Positions 53,341 to 64,000 of a stretch of DNA of 64,000 bases are shown here, in pieces. The DNA is from Camelus ferus (taxonomy: Eukaryota), in assembly GCF_009834535.1 (NCBI RefSeq), contig NC_045707.1:49850001-49914000 (forward strand), in the 5' to 3' direction. The position numbers and the translations under genes are program-made. Positions within the stretch are counted from its first letter, which is position 1; each line of letters starts with the position of its first letter. The notes beneath the pieces were generated by a model. The model ran no database searches. It was not told where the DNA came from and worked only from the letters and a program-made list of their open reading frames with translations.

Positions 53341-56300
53341 TAGGCACCTGCCATCATCATAGTCCTGATTCTGTGCTGGGCCAGGTATCCTCTTGAGTGC
53401 TGAAAGAATCTACCTCTCTGGCATTGACAGTCTCATTTGCCGGCACCTGAGGTGGGTCTTACTGAAGGACCACTGTCCAGTACATTGCCATGTGTTTTCC
53501 AGTTTAGTTCCATTACCCTGTATTGAGTCATTTCTGTGGGCAAGGTGTTGTAGCTGTAGCTGGTCACTAGGAGATTCAGAAATGAGCAAGACCAACTTGC
53601 TCTCAGACTTTACTGTTAATCAAGAAGAAAGCCATGTACACAAGTAATTATAGTATGTATTGAATGTTATAGTGGCTCAAAAACTACAGAAACAGAGAGA
53701 AATAGACTAGTATAATTCCATGTCATGTCATGGGGTCAGAGAAGAGGGGGCATGTTAACTGTTTGTTGAAGAAGTTAGAAGGGCAAAGGGAATAGGCCAG
53801 CTTTCATTCAGGAAAATGACAACAAGCTTGTCCAAAGAAAAAGCAAGTGAGGATTCTGAGAGCAATACTGAAACAAAAGGAAGAGAGGAGGGATGCTGAT
53901 TTGGTACCTCACACCCATGCTGAAGCTGTCGATACCCACATCTGTTTTATTGAAGACCTACAGAAGGGAGATGCTCACGGACTAGATGTTGCGCAGTGTC
54001 TATTACCATCTTAAGTGTACTCATTCCTTCCAGCCTTCTTCATGATTCCTTTATTTTACTTTTTGCAGATGCTACAAAAGGAAATCAAACATGTTCTGAC
54101 CTTCTCAAAAGATGATGCAAGTCTCTCAAGATGATTTAAATCATTTAAAATCAATAATAAGAAATTATCATAAAGAAACTGGAAGTCAGGAGCTTTTGAA
54201 ATCTGCTTTTTTCCTTCCCTCAGTACTATATTCACCTGAAGTTTTGTTATTTTTTGTGTGTGTGCCTGTTTGTTTAAATATTCTGTTAAGGGGAGCTTGA
54301 GGATTCTAATTGTGTTGATCTTCCACAGTTTAGTTATTCATTTTTGTTCTAGTGAACAGTTAAGCAATTTATTGTAAGAGTTATAAGAGAGTTATAAGAG
54401 GAACACAAGTTGTGGCTACTCCCTCAGGAAGCTTAAGTTGTATCTGAGGAGAGAAGATAAACTTTTAAGAAACCTTCCAGAGGTACAAGGAGGTATTGTT
54501 TTTATCATGATATCAGCTCTTTTCTGTGCTGCCTACTTACTCTCCTGTGCTATCAATCACACCTCTGTGTTTTGGGTTCTTCATCCCCCTGCTCCACCCT
54601 GCCTCAGTCCAGGTGTCTACTAGACAGTGAAGCCTTCCTCAAAGACACATCCCCATCAACACTTTATGCTTTGTGTGCTCACCAAATCTTTTGCAATGCT
54701 CTCTACAACACTTAATGTGTTTGCTGGCATCCTTGTGTTTTCCCCCCATTTGGGCCGTACACTCCTTGAAGAAAGAGCCTTGGACATAGGGCTTACTCAC
54801 ACATGTTTGGGACTGATAGGAACTTCAGAGGAAACAACAGGTTTGGGAGGATAAGCGTAATACTGGTGATTGAGTTTGATTTGCTGCAAGATACTCAAAT
54901 GAAAGTGTCTGTTAACAGTTGAAAACATTGGCCTGGAGCTTGGTCCAGGCCTTAGATGTATATAGGTCATGATGTTGATGTGGTATTAGTAGCTCTCAGA
55001 GGCCTGTGGATAGTTTCCTGAGTGACAGCCTCATTTAGGGAGTGGTAAAGATTTTTAAAAGCCAGGGAATTGTGGACTGAGGAGAATTGCTTTGAGTCCT
55101 AGACTAAGTAAGCAATAAGGTTGGGTAGGAGGGAAGAATACTGTCAAATGACTCAAAAGTACCTGTGAGGATAAGGACTGAGAAGACACCTGAGATCATT
55201 AATCACCACAAGCAGCCAACAGAGGGGTCTGAGGATGGATCCAGTTTCCCAGGTCAGGGTGAGAGTAGATGATCAGGAAGAAGCATTGAGGATAGACCTT
55301 ATTAAGATGTGTAGTAAAGAGAGGAGGGAAAGGCTAAATTGTTTGGTTCACAAAATCCAGGACAGGCTTGTTTTAGGGGAGGAGGAGGGAATAGTCTTTA
55401 TGGTTAGGTTAAGCTGAAGGAACCAGGACAAAGTAGGATCTGTGGCTTGCAGCGGCAGTCAGGGAAATAAGGTCTTGGAGTAGACTTATCCTGGGGAGGT
55501 AAGAGCTGAAGTGATGTAGGAGACTTGGAATAGAAAAAGGAAGATGCTCAGAAGTTAGAGATGTGTCAGTGGATCATATATGACTGAGAAAAACAAGTTT
55601 CTCATGAAACTAAGAACTCAGCTTTTAACAGTTGAACCAGCATTACTCGGCCAGATGTAATGTCTGTTCAGGGGTAGCCAGGTAACCGGCCGGGTGTAGT
55701 CAGAGAGTGAAAAAGCAAGGGAGACATAAGAGCAAGAATGGAGTTGCAGACTGTTGGAAGTTTGCTTTTTTTGGGAGGCAGGTTGTCAGAAAGGATGTCA
55801 ACTGCCTTTGAGCCTCAAGGTCAGAATGTATACACGAGATTCTGCGTAAGTGAAGAGAAATAAAGAGAAGTTGTACCAGAGAGGAAGTCTTGAAAATAGA
55901 ACAATTCCAAGTGATGATGACTTTGACTTTTAATGTGTGTCTCTACCCTTGAATAGCACTCACAGAGTACAAATCAGAGTCTTGAAATGAAGGTCAGGAA
56001 CGATGTGAAACCAGAGAGTTTGAAGGATCATCAACATGATGTGATGGAGTGGTTATGGTTCAGCACATCCCTAATGTCCATATTCTTTACACTTTGATGA
56101 GTTAACTATAAATGAGATCCTTGCCTAATAGCCTCTTAAAAATATAGCTTACCTTATTTTTCAGGCAGATTCTTTGAATGTGTTGCAAAAGTATTGATTT
56201 ACTGAACTGTTCTTTGGTAACCACTGCTAGAAATTGCAAAAGACCGTCAACTATCAAACGATATAAATAAAGAAAAAGGAGATAAAGAAATGGGAAAAGG

Positions 56301-57248
56301 TCTTCTGCCCTCAGTTCTGTATTCAGTTGTTTAAATCCTTGAAATTTAGAGTTTTTAATTAAGAAACAGAAAGCTTGTGTTAAATTTACAGATAAGAGTT
56401 ATGCCTCTCTAAATATTGCCAATTTTATTTTTGTGAGCTCATTCGGTGACATAATGAGCATCCTGTTTCCTTAAGCATTTAAGTGTAGGTTCTTGTGAAC
56501 TGACAGGATAGAAACTCTTAAGAACTGAGTAGGCTGATGGAGCAGCTGGTGTGACATTCAAGTGTTCATATTGCCTTCTAGCTCCTGAACAGAAGGGAAA
56601 AAACAGTTTTAATTTAGAAATCTCTTTCTTGACTATAGCTGAAATTCTCAAAAATCAGTGAGGCTAGAAAATGATAGAACATTTTGTTCTCCTGTTTAAC
56701 TGTGGATATAATGTGTTCTTATACTTATTGGTAAGCTGCACTCGATTGTATAAAATGAACTTTCTTTCTGAGCTTTTCAAAGGCCTGTCTTTTATAAGGA
56801 AATGATTACTGTTAGGAAGAAGGTTCCTAAAGTGCCTAAATAGAACAATAAAATAGAAAACAAAGGATAAGTTCCTTTTGGGGGGAGAGCAAGGGAAAGT
56901 GGGTATCTAAATTGTAGTTCTCAGTTAAATTTGTTAAAATTTAGTACTTTTGGGTGTTCAGAATCATTTTAAATATGTTCAGAATGAAGCAGGATGTCTT
57001 CACATTTCTTACTTAGAAGAAAATTATTTGCAGTATTTGTATAATCCATCAGTATACTTGGTATTAAAAATCAACTAACAGCATAGTTTTTAGAATAAGG
57101 TCTGCTTTCAAATATTCATGCAAATTAAGAACAGCATAATAAAGAACCATGAGTAATTTGCTTCTGTTCTTGTAGGGAATTTGGGGTCAAGGAGATAATC
57201 CAGCAATTTGTTCCTTAGTCAGATTTCAGGCACGCTTATTATCTATGG

Positions 57249-57422
57249 TAGTGGTTCTCCAGAGCAGCAGCTGCAGCGGCACCATCACCTGAGGTTTTTA
57301 CAAACCTAAATTGTTTCCTACCGGAGATCTACTGAAACTCTGGAAGATCAAAGATCACCGGCAGTTTGTTTTAAGGAGCCCGGCAGGTGATTCTGATGTG
57401 TGCTGAAGTTTGCGAACCACTG
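57249..57422. mobile_element. MER5A MITE with degenerate 8-bp TSD
   Basis: tagtggttctc...catcacctg...caggtgattctgatgtgtgctgaagtttgcgaaccactg, flanked by atctatgg and gtctatag. Confidence 0.85.
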
Positions 57423-57735
57423 GTCTATAGTTAGGACAGCCTTTCAAGACATACACATCATCAGTGTTTGGGACAAGATGATTCCAGCAGACTTGACTGC
57501 AAAGTCCATAGTGTGAACTTCAGGATATCAGTGTTTGGGATCATTCACATTAAAATTTTACCATATGCTCTCCTTAATTAAGTCCTTTGTTGGCATCAAC
57601 AAATAATCTGTGCTGGAAATGACAGTTATCAAAAGCCAGAGTAATTGTCTTACAGCCCCAGGGAGGGGGATGAATCACCAATTTATGGAACCTGTTCTGC
57701 TTTGGGCTGACATTCTTTATGAACTAAAGGTTAGG

Positions 57736-57856
57736 TATCTTGATTGTGGTGGTGGTTTCATAGGTGTATACATCCATCAAAATCCATCAGATTATACATC
57801 TGAAGTGTGTGTAGTTTACTGTGCAGAAATTATACCACAATAAAGTTGTTTTAAAT
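57736..57856 (+). mobile_element. Old L1 extreme 3' end
   Basis: tatcttgattgtggtggtggtttcataggtgtatacat...aattataccacaataaagttg. Confidence 0.8.
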
Positions 57857-58159
57857 TTTTTTCAAATAAAGGCTTTGGGGAGGACTGCTGTGTTTGGGGC
57901 TCGGTTAAGGAAACTGGGTCGTTTTAGTCACACTTTAAGCCAGACTACTATAGTGTGGTTTTATCATTTTAATTGAATAGTGAAATTGTGAAATATGAGA
58001 GGAACAGAAAAAAATGAACCTGTAAATGCACATGCAAATAAACTTTTACTGTTGTTTGTAAACTGATCTCCTGCTTGCTATCTAAAAACAGATGGCAACA
58101 ATTGTGGTCAAAATTTCAGTGCCACCCAGCCCCTCCCTACTGACTGCCTTTACAATTAT

Positions 58160-58430
58160 TCAGGAAGAGGAACAAGCAGTGAAAAATGAGAACAGGCAAC
58201 CAGAGATGGCATTGTGGTGGGAACAAGAGTTATGCATCTGAGAAATTAAGGCAGCAGAACATTTCAAGAGTGAGGTAGGGGTTAACAGTAGCAAAGGTGG
58301 CCAGTAGATCAGATAAGAGCAACTAAATGTGTCCATTAAATTTAGGAACAAGAGTGGTCAGGGGTCATCTTGAAGAGTAGTTTCAGTACAGCACAGAAGT
58401 AGCAGCTGGATTGAAATGCGGTGATCTGTG
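58160..58430 (-). mobile_element. L2 fragment
   Basis: atttcaagagtgagg...tagatcagataagagcaactaaatgtgtccattaaatttaggaacaagag...gtagtttcagt. Confidence 0.6.
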
Positions 58431-61400
58431 AGCCGGAGATAAAATAGAAATGGGAACTTTCAGAGAGGGTGATAGCTAGATGTGGCTTTGAGGATTTTCT
58501 CACCCAATGGCCTCTACTGGCTGATTTTTATTTCTTTATAATCCTTAAATCTAATTGTTAAATTTATTACCTCATTGATTTGGCATAATTTTACTTCAGC
58601 ATGAGTAACCCTAACAAATTATTTCTCAAATAAATACATCTTTTCTTCTAGGCTTTATGAAATACTGAAACTCAGAGTTACTGCTTTGCATATAGCCTCA
58701 AGGATCCAGGACCCAGTTAAAACCCATTGCCACATAGCAGTCATTGTGTAATTAATTGGGAAAATCTGAAATGCCTTTTAACTTCCATTGTCTGAAAGAA
58801 TTTGAAGGAAAGTTTATGTATCTTGCAAGGTGGTTTGAAAACTCCTTGCATGCTACAGCTTTCTCTCGTGGAACCTAGCATATGATTTTAAACACAGGAT
58901 TAGGAGGTTTTGTTCTGTTCTGCTATTTGAATTGGCATTGATTACGAACATAAAACCTGTTTTTCAAATTGATTTCTAGCTAAGTTTCGAACAGGAATGT
59001 TTCGATTCAATAAACATTGAGCACCTGGTATATTTCCGACAAATCTGGGGGTTAAAAATAAATGGCACAAATCCTGCCTTGAGTTCACAGTTCATTGGGG
59101 AAGACAGAGATAAACAGATCATTGCAGCTCTGTGTTAAAAGCTGTAATAGAAGAACAAATTAATGCCTCCACCATTCCAGTCTACTTGCCTCCCACCCTA
59201 AGAGATTTGCTTAAGTGGTCATGCTGAATTTTTCACTAGCAGCAGCTCTAACTTGGCCTAAGTACTGTACTTAGTCTCTGTATCTGAAAAGAGTCTGGTG
59301 GATAAGTAACTTACTGAGGGAGTGGGAATAATTGTAGTCAATACAGACACAGTGATGGTGTTTATGAATCTTTTGAGACTAATAAATTAGGCATTGTAGA
59401 CAGTGCTTATTTTCTGCTTATCAGTTTTATAAAACAAATCCTTTTTGGTGGATTTAATCTTGGGTGTGTGTATCATTTTTACTCACCTGATATAAATTAC
59501 TTTTCTGAACAAGCTTTACAGTCTTTATGCTCTTTTATGCAAGTGTGCATGTTTTCTCTAAGCCACTTAAAACAGGAATAATGTGAATCCAGAGTAACAT
59601 TACAATTAAGTAATCATTTGGTTCTTCAGAGTGTTTTAATGGAATACTTTGAACGTAACAAAACTTTGTAAGAGAAACTTCCCACACCACTCATAATCTT
59701 GTAGTGTCTGCTCTTTGATATGTATGATACTAGACCATATGCTCTTTCCACCATTACTGTCATATTACATGCTAGTACTTTGATATCCAGTAATTTACAG
59801 TAAATTTGTATCATTTCTTATCAAAAATTATTTTAACTGTTGAAATAATAAATTTTAGGGTATGAGTCCGATTTTTTTTTTCTGCAGAAAGTGACTGTAT
59901 AAGAAATTTGAAAGAGCATAGTACCTCTTGTTTACGATACGGAGATCAAAGATAAATCAAGTGTGGTCTTTGCCTTCAAATAAATGTTCAGTATAATAGG
60001 CCTTAATTTAGGGGTAGTTATATAGTAGTTATACAGTCCAGGGAGCATTTAAGGTGGAGAATTTCAGGAGGATTACTGCTAGTATCTTGTCGGGTAGGGC
60101 GGGGTGGGGCTGGGTGAGGCTGGGTTTCTCAGTTTATGAGATAGTGCTCACTGTCAATAAAATGCCTATAGCAGCCACAGTGAGAATCAGATATAAAGAT
60201 GTTATCCTCTTCACACAGCCACTTGTCTACAAAGGAAGTTGATTAATTTTTATGTTAAAAGAAAAAAAAATAAACTAAGAAAATGGAGATTTCCTGAGTG
60301 TTCTTTTTTGAAAGGCTGCAGTCAAAAACTTTTTTAGCTTTTTGTCAATCAAATGGTGCGTCTAACAGTGTCAGTATCCATTCTGAAGTACAGTGCAGTT
60401 ATATCCCTGATAGTAGCCTTCTTAAAACCTATATGTTGTTTGGATTTATCCCATGATTTAAATTTTGATCTTTTACTCTTAAATGATTTTGTGACCATTT
60501 AATGCTTGCTTTCTGTAATTATAAACATCTTTATTCTTCTTTTTGGAAGTAGATGATTAAGAGTGTCTGGTTTCAATGGCTGTAAAATAAACAGTTGAAT
60601 TTGATTTCCAGCATCCCTTTCAGCTGTTAAATTCTATGATTCCTTTGTAATCATTTTTGGGCAGAATGATAGCTTTTTAAAATTTGTTTATTGTTGGTAT
60701 TTTATTCTGATTTAGAAACTTTTAAACAAATTTTTTCTTATTAAGTGAATGAAAATAAACTGTCTTTATCTTCAGAGGTTTTTAGCCCCCAAAACCCCAG
60801 ACCCATAATTTGCATTCCTGTTGAACCAGTCATAGATTAAGAACATTTGTAAATACTAATTTTTTATTTTTAAACATTTACTGAAACATGTAATAGACTT
60901 AGTAAATAGAAATTTGACTTAACACTTAAATTATTTCAGTATTTGAATGAAGTGTAGATACCTTAAGAGAACTGTTTGAATTTTCTTGGGAAAGAATATA
61001 TGAAATCAGAAGTAACTTCATGCACTGAAGTAGTTACAGAATTAGAAAATTAAAAAGTAAGATTCAGAACTACAACTTTTTCTAGTAGTTTTGAAATTTT
61101 ATCTTGAATTGGGAGTGACCTGAAGAAAATCCAGATTGCTTGGGAATCTTTAGTTGACTCAAAGGACATTTTAAGAGATTAATGGAAGTTTAAATGAAAA
61201 GATTGGTTTTTAACAAATAAATTACTTTTGATTTATAAACAGTTTGTGTAAATTTAGAGTTGAAATTAATCAAATACCTTTCCTAAACTTAATGACCATA
61301 ATTAGCAGATCTTCAAATTAGCAGATCTTCATGCACTATATACAAAAAAGAATACCTTTTCTTGTCTGGGGTATGTTTTCTTTGAAGTAATCTTGCCTAA

Positions 61401-61661
61401 AGAGAATCTTGATTTTTAAAAGCTAAACAGGACCAATGGAGAATGGAGTGATGAACAGGAAGTTGTGTACATGTATTAAAGCATGCTTACTGCATCAGAA
61501 CTGATGGTGTTAACCTTTTAAAACAGGAATGGAGTTTTAAATATTAGAGTTGTAGGCAAAAGGGCATGAGCTGTCTTCAGGTACTGAGCTCTCTTCCATA
61601 CATCCTTTTAGTGCAGCTTCATCAACTCCAAAAGTAAGGAGTCTCATTGACTGAGGGACCC

Positions 61662-62143
61662 TTTATTAGTAAGAGTTCTCCAGAGAAACTGAACCAACAG
61701 GAAATCTATACATATAGTGATTGACTGTGAGGAATTTGCTCAGGCAGTTATGGAGACTGAGAAGTCCCACCCTCCACCGTCGCCAAACTGAAGACCCAGG
61801 AAAGCTGATGGGTTAGTTTGGCCTGAGTCTGAAGGCCTGAGAACCTGGGAGGTTAGTGGGTAATTTGGAGTCAGAGGGCAGGAGAAGATGGTTGTCTCAG
61901 CTCAGCAGTCAGCCAGTGAGCAGGTGTGACTTACCCTTTCTTCACTGCTTGCTGTATTCAGGCCCTCAGTGTATTGGATGGTGCCCACCCACATTGGGAA
62001 GGGCCATCTGCTTTACTTAATCTACCCATTCAAATGCTCATCTCATCCAGAATCGCCCTCTTAGGCTCACCAGGAAATAACATTCAGTCAGATATCTGAG
62101 CACCTTGTGATCCAGTCACGTTGACATAAATTTAACTGTTATA
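61662..62143 (-). mobile_element. MLT2 (ERVL) solo LTR with 5-bp TSD
   Basis: tattagtaagagttctccagagaaac...ttatggagactgagaagtcccac...ggatggtgcccacccacattggg...ccagtcacgttgacataaatttaac, with gaccc at 61657-61661 and 62144-62148. Confidence 0.92.
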
Positions 62144-63603
62144 GACCCATTCCAGTTTGGTAGAACTTGTCACTAAGTTCTTCCTTAGCCTGTAGTCTAC
62201 CTCTCTGTAACTTTCTTTCATTTCATTCCAGTTGTGCCTTCCAGTACTCCACAGAATATGCCTAGTGACTGTTCTACACTGTAAAACGTTCAGGTGTGTG
62301 AAGCTAGCTATCATGAGGTATTCCTCCCCTAGACTAACTTCCCTCCACTTCTTCAGTGGACTGGCTTTCTGACTTCTTTGACATTATTAATCATTTTTCA
62401 CACTGTATTTTATGGTAACTCAGACCTGACCAATGCAAAATCTGGTGGATCTGTTGTCTATAATACAAATAAAAGTTCCCCTCTTTTGTTCATCAGTCTT
62501 TTTGATGTTTTCAGTCATCATATGCTTTATTTGTATAGCAGAGCTTCACTTATATTAGACAACCATCAGGATTCGTTTTTCCTCTAAGTTTAGAAATCTT
62601 AATAAAAATAGCTAACATGCACTTAACCATGTGTTGAGTGCCAGACTAAGTTCACATTGTTTTACATATATTCACACATTTAGCGAGGTGTGTACTGTTA
62701 CTGTGTGTTTTACAGAGGATCCTGTCACATTATAGGTGTGTTCTTCCAAGGCAAAGTAGAATAGATCTCTTAACTCCCTTTGTTGTTACACTCCTGTCAT
62801 TGCCGCCTAAGACAGCTTGGAGGTGGGAGGGGAAAGCACTTGCATCATGTTAATTAACATCAAGTTAATGCATGCGGAGCTTTGAGTAAGCTGAACCTTT
62901 GTCTTTGAATACATACTGTTATATTTCTCACATACCATATTTGTACAGTTATATTTTGGGAATTAAATAAAGGAGACCATACTTTTATACCAATTAAAAG
63001 TTAGCTTCTCATTCTCACCTGTCTTTCTGGATCCTGATTCTGTTATCTAACATATTTGCTGATTTACCTATAGCTTCAAGTCATCTACAGATTGGAGAAA
63101 TGTAATTTCTATGTTTCCACATCACTGACAAAAGTTCAGAACCGTGAGGAATTAGGAATGCAGTAATGCCTTAAAAATATCTTTTGGGTTGTTCTCTTAT
63201 TTTGATACATTTAGTTATATTAGCCTATATTTCCTGCCTTGCCTGTAGGAATCTCATGTTACTATATAAAGTAATAATCAATGTCAGAGCTCCATCTTTC
63301 ATCCAGCTCCATATTTTATTCCATAATTTAACTATTCTGCTGTATTTCTTTTAGTTTTTTCTACGTGGTTTTTCTCTTGTTATCATTGTTGAATCTAGAT
63401 AATATCTGTACAACCATTCCACGATCCGTAAGTCAGGTGACTTTGTGAAAGAGAGAATTGAAACTGTATTATTAAAAATCTATTTATGAGTTTCAGTCAT
63501 TACTGAGACTTCATAGTCATCCTTTGGTTTTCTTTTGGGGCCCTGCTCATTCACAGTAAAGTTTATGTGTCAGTTGGAATCCATCTTACTCTTCGTTTTG
63601 AAG

Positions 63604-63732
63604 GCTGTGACTATTGTTGCCCAGTTCTAGTCTTAAACCACCACCTCTGTCTTTTCACATAAGCCCTCAAAGACTACGAATAGTGGTGGATCCGAGCTAG
63701 ATTACGGACTCCAAGAGGCCTACAAAGACTAG
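63604..63732 (+). other. Candidate internal non-coding (5' UTR) exon
   Basis: Acceptor tcttactcttcgttttgaag (alternative acceptor ctctgtcttttcacataag at 63663) and donor TAG|GTATGT. The sequence is non-repetitive, has three CpGs, and has stops in all frames. Confidence 0.4.
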
Positions 63733-64000
63733 GTATGTTTTCTTTAAAATTTCCCTTTTATGGAGTTTCAGCTTCCACTTAATATTTCTTTTTAAACTCT
63801 TCAAATGAAAGATCAAAATCTTAGAGAACAAAGAGAAGCCAAGTAGATGTTCTACTTTCTATTAGTATCTCAGTCCCAAATGGTGTGTCTCTCTCTTGAT
63901 TATCATATTGTAGCTAACAAGTGAAAAACAAAACTTTTTTGTTGTCTTTGGTGTTTCTGTCGATCCACCAGTTAGATGAATGAAAGAGTGAGAGCAGAGC

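Larger units (their letters stand above)
2924..63603 (+). other. Large 5' intronic region (~49 kb once the duplicated copy is discounted)
   Basis: AT-rich and repeat-rich, with no credible coding exon. T/G-rich skew on + (judged by eye) and long L1 fragments mostly antisense both fit + strand transcription. Confidence 0.6.

Noticed and set aside
54069..54300. Strong acceptor (tttttgcag at 54068) followed by ATG and a short ORF
   Set aside because: No convincing donor downstream and no recognisable peptide.

Overview
This is mammalian genomic DNA, most likely a camelid, judged from a Vic-1-type tRNA-derived SINE and no Alu, B1, Bov or CAN SINE that I could see. It is not prokaryotic. The window holds a CpG-island promoter (~1250-3560) of a + strand gene I cannot name. 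The island contains CRE-like, CCAAT, GC-box and E-box motifs, several candidate 5' splice donors, a (TCC/GCC)21 triplet tract and a candidate 25-nt ATG-bearing micro-exon. An AT-rich, transposon-littered intron follows (L1, L2, MIR, MLT LTRs, MER5/MER53/MER58/MADE2), with a candidate non-coding exon near 63.6-63.7 kb. The dominant large structure is an ~11.4 kb near-identical direct duplication (15250-26651 vs 26752-38186) joined by a 100-N gap, which is most likely an assembly artefact. No supplied ORF is a convincing protein-coding region, and I found no evidence for a novel multi-gene system. Repeat family names come from recalled consensus sequences, not a database search.
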